From: Candidatus Binatia bacterium
GTDB lineage: Bacteria; Desulfobacterota; Binatia; Bin18
Direction of reading: 5' to 3'
NCBI GenBank assembly: GCA_963664395.2
Contig: OY761159.2
Span: 3,968,001 to 4,032,000, forward strand
DNA length: 64,000 nt
The translations under genes and the position numbers were made by a program. This document shows, in pieces, positions 9,151-19,461 of this stretch. The notes below the pieces were generated by a model. It searched no databases. It had not been told where the DNA came from and saw only the letters and a list, made by a program, of their open reading frames with translations. Each line of letters opens with the position of its first letter. The first letter of the stretch is position 1.

Positions 9151-9185
9151 AAAAAAAGAGGCAGCCTCATGAGGCTGCCTCTTTT
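9151..9185 (-). terminator. Intrinsic terminator of RND gene
   Basis: Perfect palindrome AAAAGAGGCAGCCTCA/TGAGGCTGCCTCTTTT with T7 on minus strand. Confidence 0.85.
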
Positions 9186-9211
9186 GCCTTCAGAAAGAAG
9201 GGGTACGGGTT

Positions 9212-11602
9212 TTAGGCAATAATACCTTCTCTGGCGGCTCGGACGAAGAATTTGGGATGCCACAGAACCAAGGCAGCCGGCACGAAGGTACAGGCGCCAA
9301 GGAAGCTGATGCCCATCCACAGCGCCAGCAGCAGGCCCATTTCCGAGCAGAAACGGATGTTCGAGAATGCCCACAGGGCGGTCGCCAGGATAAGAGTCGT
9401 TGCGGTAAAGGCAACGGCTTTACCCGCTGTCGAGATCCCTAATCGGACTGCATCGTTGATATCGCCGTCATATTCTTCCACCGCTCGGCTGACGATGTAC
9501 AAGGCGTAATCAATGCCAAACCCGACTCCGACGGTCACCACCGGCAGGGACTGCAGGTTAATGCCAATATTACGCACACTCATATACGCATTCACAACTC
9601 CGTCGGCCAGGAACAGGCCGCTTATCATCACGAGTGCGGCGACTGGGGAACGGTAGGTAAACATCACGATCAAGAAGATCGTGCCAAAGCCCAGGGCGTG
9701 CATATACAGGTCGTTTTTCAAAATCTCTTCATTTGCCGCCGCCGTCACACCAATCAAGCCACCAGCCAGACGCCAGTCCGCATTTGGCAGGGGATTGGCC
9801 GCCACGAATTTTCGCGCTTCCTGAATAATCCGGGCGATATTATCACCCTGGTGATTGGCGCAGTAGAACGTCACACGCGAGACCGTATAGCTCGGGTCCA
9901 GAAATTTCGACGACTCGCCTGGCGGTGTTCCTGCAAAGTAATAAAAGAAGAGCGAACTCACCCGTCGCGGGCTGGCCGGAATAGATCCCCAACGTGGCTG
10001 CATGTCATAGAAGGTCATATTAATGGCCTGAATAATGTCAGCCAGCGAGAAGCTGTAGCCGATGTCTTTATCGCGTTCCATGTGACGCTGGAATTTTTCG
10101 AGTTGTTTTAACAACTCGGGGTTCTTGAGCACTCCTTTGTCACGCCCCTCAACCACAATGATAAGTGGTTCAATCCCACCGAAGTACTTTTGAATCTCAA
10201 TGTGGGCCTGATTATATGGGGACTCCAAATGCAACAACGGTGTGGCCGCGGTCGGATCGCCAATGGTGAGGTGGCGAAGCTGGGTGATAGAAACCAGAAA
10301 GGCGGCCACCCAGAAAATAACAATCATCCTGGAATTTTTGGGAGTGGTGATCCAGACTGCGCAGCGGTCAACAAAGGTTTGCAGCCAGCCATTCTCGCGT
10401 TTCATGACCTTTTCCGGTTCAGGCGCTTTGAGATAGTAGTACACAACTGGGTTCATGAGCAGTTCGCTCACCGCAACCGAGGCGACCCAAATCGAAGCCG
10501 AGATAGCGATCTTTTGCAGGATGACCACCGGCACGATCACGATGACGAGCATGCCCAGCGAGTCGGTAATAATACCGCTCAGGGTGGGCACGAACAGTTC
10601 TGCAAACGCGGCAACAATCGCCTTTTCTTTATTCCACTGCCACTTGCGATATTCCTCGTAATAGCGCTCGTGCATCTGCACCGAGTGACTCACGGCTCGG
10701 GCCGTGACAAAGAAGGGGATCACCAGGGCAAGCGGGTCCATGGAGAAACCCATCATGGCCTGAATACCAAGGCCCCAAAAGGCCGACACAATTCCGGTGA
10801 TGGTCGGGCGCAATGCACCCCGCCAGTCGTGGAAGTAGAGGTAGAGCAAGATCCAGCACACCATAGTGGCGGCGAGGAAGATGTAAAACACCTCGTTCGC
10901 GTAGTAGTATACCCAGCCGTAGAGCTGGGGCTCGCCGGCCACCCAGATCGACTCCTCCGCGGTCTCAAACGGCTCTTTGACCGTCCGGCGAATCTGATCA
11001 AAGACGGTCTTATAGTCGAGCTTGCCCTCAATAAAATTGGCCTTCAGCAGGAGGGCCTGACCGTTCAAGGCTACCAACTGGCCGTAAATGGTTTCGGTGT
11101 TGTAGCAAATCTCCTTGATATCATCGACCTCTCGGTCTGATTTGGGTGGACGGCGCATGACCGGTGGGGTGGCAATGGTCCCTCCTGACACCGTGAGATA
11201 GCGCGTCGTGCGATGGCCGACCGACTCGATCTGGTCGTGGTTCACCCCGGTGACGCGGTCCATGGCCTGCGTCATCGCGTAGATTTTTTTGAGCGTGTTT
11301 ACTGTGAAGACATCGCCCTTATCCACTTTCAACATAACGTTGACGTTGTTCGCCCCTCCGAATTGATCGGCAAAGCGGAAATGGACGCGGACGAACGGAT
11401 GCCGATAGGGAAGGAGGTCGTTAAAGCTGGTGGACATTTCAATCGATAACGCCTGCCATGCCATGAAGCCGGTTACAAGCAACACGCCGAGCGTGATAAG
11501 AAAGCGGTTTTGGATCAGGCCCTCTCCCAAACGATAGAGGGCGGCTCGTTCGCTGGAATGCGCTTCGAGCTCTTCAAGAGTCGGCATTTTTCTGTCAGCC
11601 AC
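9212..11602 (-). CDS. RND superfamily / MMPL family transporter (paralog 1)
   Basis: Two repeats of TM + periplasmic loop (FGG) + 5 TM; ARAVSHSVQ and GVGFGIDYALY motifs. Confidence 0.92.
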   Translation of the reverse strand: MADRKMPTLEELEAHSSERAALYRLGEGLIQNRFLITLGVLLVTGFMAWQALSIEMSTSFNDLLPYRHPFVRVHFRFADQFGGANNVNVMLKVDKGDVFTVNTLKKIYAMTQAMDRVTGVNHDQIESVGHRTTRYLTVSGGTIATPPVMRRPPKSDREVDDIKEICYNTETIYGQLVALNGQALLLKANFIEGKLDYKTVFDQIRRTVKEPFETAEESIWVAGEPQLYGWVYYYANEVFYIFLAATMVCWILLYLYFHDWRGALRPTITGIVSAFWGLGIQAMMGFSMDPLALVIPFFVTARAVSHSVQMHERYYEEYRKWQWNKEKAIVAAFAELFVPTLSGIITDSLGMLVIVIVPVVILQKIAISASIWVASVAVSELLMNPVVYYYLKAPEPEKVMKRENGWLQTFVDRCAVWITTPKNSRMIVIFWVAAFLVSITQLRHLTIGDPTAATPLLHLESPYNQAHIEIQKYFGGIEPLIIVVEGRDKGVLKNPELLKQLEKFQRHMERDKDIGYSFSLADIIQAINMTFYDMQPRWGSIPASPRRVSSLFFYYFAGTPPGESSKFLDPSYTVSRVTFYCANHQGDNIARIIQEARKFVAANPLPNADWRLAGGLIGVTAAANEEILKNDLYMHALGFGTIFLIVMFTYRSPVAALVMISGLFLADGVVNAYMSVRNIGINLQSLPVVTVGVGFGIDYALYIVSRAVEEYDGDINDAVRLGISTAGKAVAFTATTLILATALWAFSNIRFCSEMGLLLALWMGISFLGACTFVPAALVLWHPKFFVRAAREGIIA

Positions 11603-11669
11603 GGTTCTCTCCTTTTTTACAATTTCTTACTCGACGTGATGCTGATGTGGGAAGCGCACAGGCGCCGCG

Positions 11670-12806
11670 CTAGTGCGCTTCAGCCGACTCCTTGACGGAT
11701 ACCTGCTCGACCAGCTTCCAGCTCTTGCCTCCATCGCTGGTGGTCATGATGGTGCCTTTCCCGCCCACCAGAATACCCTTGCCGTTTTCTCCAAACGTAA
11801 CCGAGTTGATCCAGGTGAATACCCCCTCCGGTGTATTGGCCGGGCTCCAGTTGACTCCACTGTCAGTGGAGTCAAGCACGACCGCATTCATGCCCGCGAG
11901 GACGAGGCGACCATTCTCGCCCGGCGTATCAACATCGTACAGATGCAGCGCCGGAACATCCGTATTGCTGCCCTCACGCGCCACCCAGGTCCAGGTCTGA
12001 CCGCCGTCACTGGTTTTCGTAACGGCCCCACCAGCGCCGACCATCACACCATTATTGGCATCGCTGAAGTGAACTTTGAAAAACGCACCCATCACCATGA
12101 CGTCCCGCACGCCCCCTTGCTCGACTAGCTCATCGAGCAAACTCCCGTGCTGCGAGCCCCAGGTTTTGCCGCCATCTGTGGTGTAGCGCACGTTGCCGTA
12201 TTCACCCACTATCCAGCCGGTGTTTTTGTCCAGAAACTGTACGCTGTAATAGATGATGTCAGGCACGGCTAGACGGGTGCGCTCGGACAAGCCGATCTGA
12301 GACACGTCCATCATCTCGACGTTCCAGGTCTCTCCGCCGTTGTCGGTCCACAGCCAGGTTGATTCATCTCCACACGCCCAGCCATGCAGCTGGTCAACAA
12401 AGGAGACCGCCATTATGGTTTTGTCCGTATCGACGCTCTGCGCAGCCCACGTTTTACCGCCGTCCCGGGAATGGATGATGGTACCGTTTTGGCCGACTGC
12501 CCAGCCATGCTCGCCCGAGAATTTGACGTTGTTGAGCGACCAAATCACATCGCTAGCAACGTCTCCCCACGTGGTTCCCGCATCCTCAGTCCGCAAGATG
12601 CGTCCGGCGTAGCCCACGGCAACAAAGGTGTCATCTGTTACGTGTGCAACGCTAAAAAATTTGTCGGTCCGTGCAAGCAGCGATGTGCTCCATGCGGTTG
12701 GCTGCTCTCCGTGGCATCCCGCCAATCCGAGCAGGGTCGCGGCGGTAAACAGCGTGGCGAAAAGGCTAACACATCTCTGGGCCAAGCCGGCCCTGTAAGT
12801 ATTCAT
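11670..12806 (-). CDS. YCF48/BNR-repeat beta-propeller lipoprotein
   Basis: Lipobox LAGC; repeated Asp-boxes (S/T)xDGGxTW. Confidence 0.9.
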   Translation of the reverse strand: MNTYRAGLAQRCVSLFATLFTAATLLGLAGCHGEQPTAWSTSLLARTDKFFSVAHVTDDTFVAVGYAGRILRTEDAGTTWGDVASDVIWSLNNVKFSGEHGWAVGQNGTIIHSRDGGKTWAAQSVDTDKTIMAVSFVDQLHGWACGDESTWLWTDNGGETWNVEMMDVSQIGLSERTRLAVPDIIYYSVQFLDKNTGWIVGEYGNVRYTTDGGKTWGSQHGSLLDELVEQGGVRDVMVMGAFFKVHFSDANNGVMVGAGGAVTKTSDGGQTWTWVAREGSNTDVPALHLYDVDTPGENGRLVLAGMNAVVLDSTDSGVNWSPANTPEGVFTWINSVTFGENGKGILVGGKGTIMTTSDGGKSWKLVEQVSVKESAEAH

Positions 12807-13000
12807 AACGTACTGGCCTCCCTTGTATGTTGGACAACCTGCACCAAAGGATCTCCCCAGCAGGATTTCATGCCTTCCGTCCTTTGCATTTTTTTGCGAT
12901 AAAAGTCAAGGGACGGTAGGGTGTGATATTGACCTTGCCGCCGCCGCCATACTCGAAAAATTTAACCGTCTCTCTGCCGAGAAAACTTCTCTCATCAAAA

Positions 13001-13034
13001 TAAAAATCCCCCGTACAACCCTGTACGGGGGATT
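13001..13034 (-). terminator. Intrinsic terminator after DUF1329 gene
   Basis: AATCCCCCGTACA/TGTACGGGGGATT with T-run on minus strand. Confidence 0.8.
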
Positions 13035-13068
13035 CTCCGAGTCACAACAGGGCAGGGGGCTGTGACGT

Positions 13069-14370
13069 TTAGCGAGCGCTCTGGATCAGGAAGTTCACGG
13101 TGAACGCCTCGGGCGTGTTCCATTCCTTGGCGGTATTGAAGTACCAGTCGTACTTCGGCACATAGTACTCGTCATACCCCGGAGGGCAGTCCCATTTGGA
13201 GCTGTGGGTAATCTGCATATCGACCACCTGACCGTTGTGGGTAAATACCTGTTCCTCGTCGTAATCTGCGGCAATATACTTCGGTGAGGGCTTCGTCGAG
13301 ATGTTCATGAGCTGAGTCCAGGTTTTCCAGATCTCACCACCCTGGTCATACGTCTCTGACCATGAGGTGTTGAAGTACTCTTTATCGAGGTAGATAATCC
13401 GCTTGGAGTAGGCATACTGGCTATACCCGGTCGGGATGCCTTCGACGACCCATACCGGCCGGCGTTCCCAGTTCACCGAGTCTGACCACAGCATGGAGGT
13501 CACACCGCTGCGGCCGTCCGGTGCAGCAGCCCATACTTCACGATCTTGATAATGGCCGGAGTGGGCAGACATGAGGGTCTCTTTCTCGGCCAAGATGCGC
13601 CAGGTCCAGTATCCGGGCTTGGCGTTGAAGCCCCAAATCGAGTCGATATCGATGTCCGTGCCCCAGAAGGCGTCCGAGCGGTTCGCCACGCTGATACGAC
13701 GCACGCGGCGCAGCTCAGGCAGATACATATACGAGTCGTCCGGATTTTCGAGCGGGGTATACCGGAAGTTCAGCACCCCAGCGCCCTTCAGATCGTTTGG
13801 GGCGTACATCGGGCCCCATTGTTCCGTATAGGTAATCTGTGGGTTAAACGGCGCGAGCGGCTTCGGGTCCATGTGCAGCCGACCTTCCCACTTCATACGC
13901 CGCCAGAAGTGCGATGCGTAGAAGCGTTCCATCTCGCCCTTGTAGTTCACAAGCTCCATAATCCAGGGGCAGCCCACGTTATCCGTGAAATCCGGAAAGT
14001 ACTCGTGGTTCCACATCGCCTTGGCACCACCGAGCGGATCGTTGACGTCGATGCTGGGAAACGGGCACCCGGCGACGTAGTTGAACATCTGCCGACCATC
14101 TTCTGTCAACTGCACCTGGCCGGCAAATTTTTCTGTGGCCTCTGCGTACACCCTGGGCCATTCATACTTGCGGTACTCGATGACCTTCATGCTCATGCCT
14201 TGGTTGATCATCCAGTTTGCGGTTGGATTGAGGACATCGGCAGCCTGAGCCATATTACTCTTATCGACGACATCACCTGCTTGAGGGAAGTCAGCGGCGG
14301 ATGCTGGGACCACCCAGCTTACTACCGCCGCGCATGCGATCGCGGCAAAAAAATGTACTTTCAGCTTCAT
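13069..14370 (-). CDS. DUF1329 family periplasmic protein (AupB-like, LolA-like sorting domain)
   Basis: Signal peptide, GCPFP, YLPELRRVRR, YAYSKRIIYLD, YDQGGEIWK motifs. Confidence 0.9.
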   Translation of the reverse strand: MKLKVHFFAAIACAAVVSWVVPASAADFPQAGDVVDKSNMAQAADVLNPTANWMINQGMSMKVIEYRKYEWPRVYAEATEKFAGQVQLTEDGRQMFNYVAGCPFPSIDVNDPLGGAKAMWNHEYFPDFTDNVGCPWIMELVNYKGEMERFYASHFWRRMKWEGRLHMDPKPLAPFNPQITYTEQWGPMYAPNDLKGAGVLNFRYTPLENPDDSYMYLPELRRVRRISVANRSDAFWGTDIDIDSIWGFNAKPGYWTWRILAEKETLMSAHSGHYQDREVWAAAPDGRSGVTSMLWSDSVNWERRPVWVVEGIPTGYSQYAYSKRIIYLDKEYFNTSWSETYDQGGEIWKTWTQLMNISTKPSPKYIAADYDEEQVFTHNGQVVDMQITHSSKWDCPPGYDEYYVPKYDWYFNTAKEWNTPEAFTVNFLIQSAR

Positions 14371-14516
14371 ATAGAAGCCTCCTTTCGAGAGCCCCTGCCC
14401 TTAGTGAAATTTCCGACCTTCCAACTGTATATGAAGTACGGGGGCAACGATCAATAGCTCAGCGGCAGGTTTTTTTCTACTACTGCGGAAGGGGAGGAAG
14501 GAAATGCCTTTTGCAA

Positions 14517-14554
14517 TCCTCTTATAGAAGGTGTTTTTGTAGTCCTATAAGAGG
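14517..14554. terminator. Hairpin after the Gld-like operon
   Basis: CCTCTTATAG...CTATAAGAGG inverted repeat. Confidence 0.5.
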
Positions 14555-14559
14555 TATTT

Positions 14560-15186
14560 TTAGGAAGACGGGTCAATGGCAAATCCTTGGCTTGGGGTTG
14601 GGGGTGCGAGGGGGTGTTCGGTTGGTGTGTCCGAGGCCAGACCGGCTTCACGGAGCAGCCGCGCAAGAGCGGCAAGAGCATCCGAGACCGAACGCTGCGC
14701 CTCTAGCAGCTCCTCGTTTGCCCGAGAGAGCTGAATATAGTCCTGTCGTTCAACGGCATCAACGACCGACACCAGAGCAAATTCATGGGCGCGCCAGGAT
14801 TCGATATAGCCTTGATGTACCTGCGCCAGGGCCGGGGACTTTGGTTCATAGCGCTCTAATTCGACGACATACTCCCGGGCGATCCCGATCGCCGGGCGCA
14901 TAGTTTCTAGCACAAAGTCATCATGAACGAACTGATCTTCTCTGGCGCTTGCAATCGCGTTATTAATTTTTGCTTCGGTAGCCGCCCATAAGCGGGCCTG
15001 GTCCATATAGGTGGTGAGTTCGCCCTGGACGTTCACTTCTTCGACCTGACATGCAGACAGCAGGGCGATCCCGGCAAAAAAACCGAGCAATATCGGCCAC
15101 GGTTGCCCGCGTGTCCAGATTGGCCGCCACCAAGTTCGCGGCCAGTCCAAAGCTGAACAGCGGCTATGAGTTTTCTTCCTGGGCAC
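14560..15186 (-). CDS. Helical hypothetical lipoprotein (start uncertain, probably shorter)
   Basis: ILLGFFAGIALLSAC lipobox; amphipathic helical body; last gene of ABC operon. Confidence 0.7.
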   Translation of the reverse strand: MPRKKTHSRCSALDWPRTWWRPIWTRGQPWPILLGFFAGIALLSACQVEEVNVQGELTTYMDQARLWAATEAKINNAIASAREDQFVHDDFVLETMRPAIGIAREYVVELERYEPKSPALAQVHQGYIESWRAHEFALVSVVDAVERQDYIQLSRANEELLEAQRSVSDALAALARLLREAGLASDTPTEHPLAPPTPSQGFAIDPSS

Positions 15187-15760
15187 GTTGAGTCACCTGA
15201 AAAATAAGCTCTTCGTAATACTTGACATTGTATCCCAAGAGAACAACTTCGGGAGAGCCGTCTTTGCGTGCATATACGGCCGTTTTTGTCGGATTATAAC
15301 TCCCGATAAAAACCGTTTCTTTGCCCTGCTGTCCATTGCCTTCAATGACAATGGTCGAAGTCGGTGGGGCAAGGCCATACGCAGCAAGGTTGTCCGGGGC
15401 CTCGTGAACGATGGGGACTTTTCTGTTCGGGGTGAGATTTTCAATAAAACTGATCACGAGCGCAGAGGTGACCGGTGCCCCTGACGGCTCAAGGGTCCGC
15501 CACTCCGCCTGAGTCTCACCCGGCCGCGCCGCGCTGCGCTGCGAGGTGAAGGTGTGACCCTGGCGCTGGATGGAGAGTTTATGAATTGTGTCCCGTTTCA
15601 TCACCAGAAAAGTGCTCTCCTGGACTGGACGCGGTTCAAAAATGGGCGCATCGGGACCACCCGGACGCCACTCAAAGAGGAGATAGTATCCCCCGAGTAC
15701 AACGGCAAGAACGTAATATATGCCAATGCGTTTCCACGTCATCCGCGGTACCTCCGCCAC
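15164..15760 (-). CDS. DUF4340 domain-containing protein
   Basis: N-terminal TM, LAAYGLAPP and IGxxNPxxxxxYAR motifs; follows GldG-like gene. Confidence 0.8.
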   Translation of the reverse strand: MAEVPRMTWKRIGIYYVLAVVLGGYYLLFEWRPGGPDAPIFEPRPVQESTFLVMKRDTIHKLSIQRQGHTFTSQRSAARPGETQAEWRTLEPSGAPVTSALVISFIENLTPNRKVPIVHEAPDNLAAYGLAPPTSTIVIEGNGQQGKETVFIGSYNPTKTAVYARKDGSPEVVLLGYNVKYYEELIFQVTQRAQEENS

Positions 15761-17127
15761 GTAAAGATGCCTACCCCGAGTAGCAAGAAGGAGCCTGGCA
15801 GGACGACGGTGCTCGTCACAAGAACGGTTTGGATTTGATCCGAGGTCAGAAAGAGTTGATTGACGCCTGACTGCTGCGTCTCAGGTCTGGCTGCCATTTG
15901 GCCGGGGTCCTCAGCCAACCAATTCACCGCATTGATAAAGAGGTCTTTATTACCGCCCTGTTCCACCAGGGTATTATTGACGAAATCAGCATCGCCGAAC
16001 ACCACAATACGTCCAAACGCCTCCCCAGTCTGCACCAGCATCTCGCCGGCGATGGGAATTGGGCCACGAAAATCTTGTTCCTCATCAAACTTTCTAATTC
16101 CGGTTCGCGGAATGTTTTCCGGCTCACTGGCCCAGCCCTGGGGCGAGGTGGCAAGAATGGCTTGGGCGCTCAACCCCCTTTTTTCATCCGACTCCATATC
16201 GACCATGCCGGCCAGTGAAAAAATTGGCGGCGCATTGACAGAGCGGACCATCGGGTGTGGTTTGTTTGTTGCTGAGGCGCGGAACGTCAACATCTCGCCT
16301 GCAAACAGGCGCTTGGTGGGATCGACTGCAATGAGGCGCGGAAGGGAAATTCCATACCGCTCAAGAAAAGTGCTGAACGAAGGTGAGCTGTCCGGGTCCA
16401 GTAAGACAAAGAGGGCACCGCCACGCTGAATATACGCCTCGATCGCTTCCAGCTCAAAGGGCAAAAACTTTGCCTTTGGGCCAAAGACGACAACAACCGT
16501 CGCATCGTCCGGCACAGCACCGCTCTCTCCGAGCGAGAGGGTTTTCTCGTCATAAAACTCGTCAACGAGGGCTCCGCGCAGCCTAGTATAGCCCCTCGTT
16601 GGGGACGCATCGCCGAGAGATGCTTCCCCATGTCCGGTGAGAAAATAGATAATCTTGTCTCCCGGCGCACGCGAGACCTGGAGCAAGGCGGTAATGGCTG
16701 AGGATTCACCCCTGCCGAGCAGGGTGCCTTTGCGCAGACCCTCCGATTCGAATACCAGGGTCCCGTACTGGGTCGCTTGATATTCCCGTGCCAGGGCAGG
16801 ATTTCGATTGATATCAACAATCTTGTGGTGGAAGTGTGGCGACAGGGCGGCCATCCGACCCAGCATGTCCTCAATGAAGAAATTTTCGGGTCGATCACTG
16901 TGAATAAAGGCCGTCACCTGGACATCGCGTTTGAGGCTCGACACAACCTGCTGGGCGCGCGGCGACAGGGTAAACTTTTTTTGTTGGGTCAGATCAAGCC
17001 GTTGATTGTGTTCAATCAAGATGGACTGGACGGCAACGAGCAGTCCAAAGAAGCCCAGGGTGCCAAGCACAAGTTTAAACGTATTGCGGACAGTGGCATT
17101 CATCGGATTCACCGGCGTCCTTTCCAC
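15739..17127 (-). CDS. GldG-like ABC transporter auxiliary component
   Basis: RLDLTxxKxFTLS, IYFLTGHGE, GRIVVFGDADF, NAVNWL motifs; N- and C-terminal TMs. Confidence 0.88.
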   Translation of the reverse strand: MERTPVNPMNATVRNTFKLVLGTLGFFGLLVAVQSILIEHNQRLDLTQQKKFTLSPRAQQVVSSLKRDVQVTAFIHSDRPENFFIEDMLGRMAALSPHFHHKIVDINRNPALAREYQATQYGTLVFESEGLRKGTLLGRGESSAITALLQVSRAPGDKIIYFLTGHGEASLGDASPTRGYTRLRGALVDEFYDEKTLSLGESGAVPDDATVVVVFGPKAKFLPFELEAIEAYIQRGGALFVLLDPDSSPSFSTFLERYGISLPRLIAVDPTKRLFAGEMLTFRASATNKPHPMVRSVNAPPIFSLAGMVDMESDEKRGLSAQAILATSPQGWASEPENIPRTGIRKFDEEQDFRGPIPIAGEMLVQTGEAFGRIVVFGDADFVNNTLVEQGGNKDLFINAVNWLAEDPGQMAARPETQQSGVNQLFLTSDQIQTVLVTSTVVLPGSFLLLGVGIFTWRRYRG

Positions 17128-17858
17128 TGTCGTGCTTCCAGAGAGCGGAGGGTGAGAAAACTGAAAAAGATAATAAACATCAGAAAGAAAGTGATTTCTT
17201 TTGAATCGACTAAGCCGCGCGCAAAGTTCTGAAAATGTGTGACCATGGAGACGGAGGCAATCGTGCTGATGAGCCCGAATTGGGTTGCGCCGTCATTCCA
17301 ACTGAGAATCCAGAAAAAGAGGAGCACGCCGAGGGAGCCCAAGCCCGCGACGACAATGTTATCCGTGAGCGACGAAATAAACAGGCCACAGGCAATAAAC
17401 GATAGTGCGAGCATCACCAGGCCGAGATAGCCAGGCACGACCAGCGTCCAGTTGAACGGCTGCAGGGTAAACATCAACACGGGATAGATGAGGGTAAACG
17501 ACAGCATAAACAAGGTGGCAATAGCGCACGCAACAAATTTCCCCCAGAAGAGATCGGTATCGCGCATCGGATAGGTGAGCAGCAGTTCGATCGTCCCGAG
17601 TCGCTTTTCTTCAGCGAACAGCCGCATGGTCAGGAAGGGCACGGTCAGCATAATAACCAAGCGCAGGTCGCTAAACATCAGCTGCCAAAAGTTTTCCATG
17701 ATATTGAGGCCGAAGCCAAATTGGACATAGAAAACCAGATCGGTGTAAAAATAGTAGCCGCTCAGCAAGAGGAAGACCGCAGAGATCATGTAAATAAACG
17801 GCGACAGAAAGTAGGAACGTAACTCTTTGCTCAGGACGGCCGAGAAGTTCACGAACAT
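17109..17858 (-). CDS. ABC-2 type permease (GldF-like)
   Basis: KELRSYFLSP, TMRLFAEEKRLGTIELLLTYP, GKF motifs; about 6 TM. Confidence 0.9.
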   Translation of the reverse strand: MFVNFSAVLSKELRSYFLSPFIYMISAVFLLLSGYYFYTDLVFYVQFGFGLNIMENFWQLMFSDLRLVIMLTVPFLTMRLFAEEKRLGTIELLLTYPMRDTDLFWGKFVACAIATLFMLSFTLIYPVLMFTLQPFNWTLVVPGYLGLVMLALSFIACGLFISSLTDNIVVAGLGSLGVLLFFWILSWNDGATQFGLISTIASVSMVTHFQNFARGLVDSKEITFFLMFIIFFSFLTLRSLEARQWKGRR

Positions 17859-17944
17859 ATGCCCACCTTAGTGTTACAAGGATGCCTTTCTCGCGATTTG
17901 CTACGCCTGATTGCTACGGTCCACGGACCGTGTGCTGTGACTAT

Positions 17945-18901
17945 TCACGCTGCCTCCTGCCGCTCTTCTCCGGTCAACCGGACAAAGAGAGATTCGAGAT
18001 CAAGCGTGATTGGTCTGAGTTCATGCAGCGCCCAGCCGTTATTGATAACGACATGTGCAATCTCGCGGGCGATGTCTTTATTTGAGGAACGAACCGTAAA
18101 AACATTGCGCTCCTGGTGCTCTTGCCCGATGCCGGCTTGCTGTGTGACCTGACTGACTTCATTGAGTGTGCGCAGAGCAGCCAGAATGTCTTGACCGGGT
18201 CCGCCCACTCGGACCAGCACGCTTGCTGTGCCCTGGACTCGCTCGCTCAGGCGTTCTGTGGTGTCCTCGGCAATGATACGACCCCTGTCGATAATGACCA
18301 CCCGTTTACAGGTCAATTCCACTTCGTGCAGAATATGACTTGACAGCAGGATGGTTGCTTTACCCGCAAGGCCCTTGATCAACTCTCGCATGTCGATCAC
18401 TTGGTTCGGATCAAGTCCGACGGTTGGTTCATCTAAAATGAGGACCTCGGGCGCACCCAGTAGTGCCTGGGCTAACCCCACCCGCTGGCGGTACCCCTTG
18501 GACAGCGTCCCCATTTGACGATGAGCCATATCCTCAAGCGAGCACTCGCTGAGGACGCGTTCGACATTGGTGCGCCGTTGTGACACTCCATTGATCTTGA
18601 TCCGGGCGCAGAAGTTCAGAAATGCTCGGACCGACATGTCCGGGTAGAGGACGACGTTTTCCGGCAGATAGCCCAGCCGGCTGCGGACTGCAAGCGAAGA
18701 CGTTGAGATGTCAAGCCCGGCCACTTGGACTGTCCCTTCAGTCGCCGGAAAAAATCCGGTCAGGATACGCATGAGCGTTGTTTTGCCCGAACCGTTTGGT
18801 CCGAGCAGGCCGACGATTTCCCCGCTCTTGACGTCAAAGGAAATCCGGTCAAGGGCGCAAACTCGCCCATAATATTTGGTAACGTTCCGAACTCCGATCA
18901 T
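17945..18901 (-). CDS. ABC transporter ATP-binding protein (GldA-like)
   Basis: Walker A GPNGSGKT, LSKGYRQR signature, ILDEPTVGLDP, SSH. Confidence 0.95.
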   Translation of the reverse strand: MIGVRNVTKYYGRVCALDRISFDVKSGEIVGLLGPNGSGKTTLMRILTGFFPATEGTVQVAGLDISTSSLAVRSRLGYLPENVVLYPDMSVRAFLNFCARIKINGVSQRRTNVERVLSECSLEDMAHRQMGTLSKGYRQRVGLAQALLGAPEVLILDEPTVGLDPNQVIDMRELIKGLAGKATILLSSHILHEVELTCKRVVIIDRGRIIAEDTTERLSERVQGTASVLVRVGGPGQDILAALRTLNEVSQVTQQAGIGQEHQERNVFTVRSSNKDIAREIAHVVINNGWALHELRPITLDLESLFVRLTGEERQEAA

Positions 18902-18931
18902 AAAACCCCTACAAAAATCTTGTTGGCTAGG

Positions 18932-19130
18932 CTATGGCGGCGAGGGCGTGGTCAGTGCTGCGGGCGTCGCTTTTAATCCATCAATTTCGGCCTCAAGTTC
19001 CCGCTGGACCCGTTTCAGCTTGTTCACCTCAACCTCAAGTGTGTTGCGTGTTTTCGCAGCGCGGTCCCTGGCGTGGGTGAGATCCTTGTCGGCACCCTAG
19101 CAAAAAAGGCACTAGAGAGAAAGCCGCCAG
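18932..19130 (-). pseudogene. Possible decayed coiled-coil lipoprotein gene
   Basis: LAAFSLVPFLLGC (lipobox-like) in one frame, then GADKDLTHARDRAAKTRNTLEVEVNKLKRVQRELEAEIDGLK...* in another; no start codon. Confidence 0.35.
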
Positions 19131-19143
19131 CTAGTCTGTAATG

Positions 19144-19179
19144 AGCGAGAGAGGTAACAGCCCTGTTACCTCTCTCGCT
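19144..19179. terminator. 17-bp inverted repeat after the DUF1329 remnant
   Basis: AGCGAGAGAGGTAACAG-CC-CTGTTACCTCTCTCGCT. Confidence 0.65.
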
Positions 19180-19190
19180 GGCTCGCAGGG

Positions 19191-19420
19191 TTAACGGGCG
19201 CTCTGAATCAGGAAGTTCACCGAGAATGCTTTGGCGGTATTAAATTCAATCGCCTCGTTGAAATATCACTCGTTGATCCAGTCTTCCTTCTTTGTCATAA
19301 CCGGACGGCGCATCCCACTTGCTGAAGTGGGCAAGCTGGAGGTCCATCTGCATCCCATGCGGAGTAAAGGCCCAGTCATCCGTGTAATTGTATGAGGGCG
19401 GCATAGCCAGGGGAATAGTC
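19191..19420 (-). pseudogene. 3' remnant of a second DUF1329 gene
   Basis: NYTDDWAFTPHGMQMDLQLAHFSKWDAPSGYD / frameshift / EDWINE*YFNEAIEFNTAKAFSVNFLIQSAR* aligns with C-terminus of 13069..14370 (..HSSKWDCPPGYD..DWYFN..AFTVNFLIQSAR*). Confidence 0.9.
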
Positions 19421-19461
19421 TCTTTCAGTTCTTCTCCACAAATTTTTCAGGGACAAAACGG

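Noticed and set aside
3380-14457. Long antisense ORFs (3380..4219, 6014..6814, 10190..11140, 13546..14457 and similar ones elsewhere)
   Set aside because: Shadow frames of well-supported genes in GC-rich DNA; no motifs or RBS
15164-18901. Gld-like genes as gliding motility machinery
   Set aside because: GldAFG-like ABC modules are widespread in non-gliding bacteria; no other motility or T9SS genes here
19266-19268. In-frame TGA in the DUF1329 remnant as second selenocysteine or recoding site
   Set aside because: Aligns with Trp in the intact paralog, accompanied by a frameshift and 5' deletion; TGA is used as a normal stop elsewhere in the window
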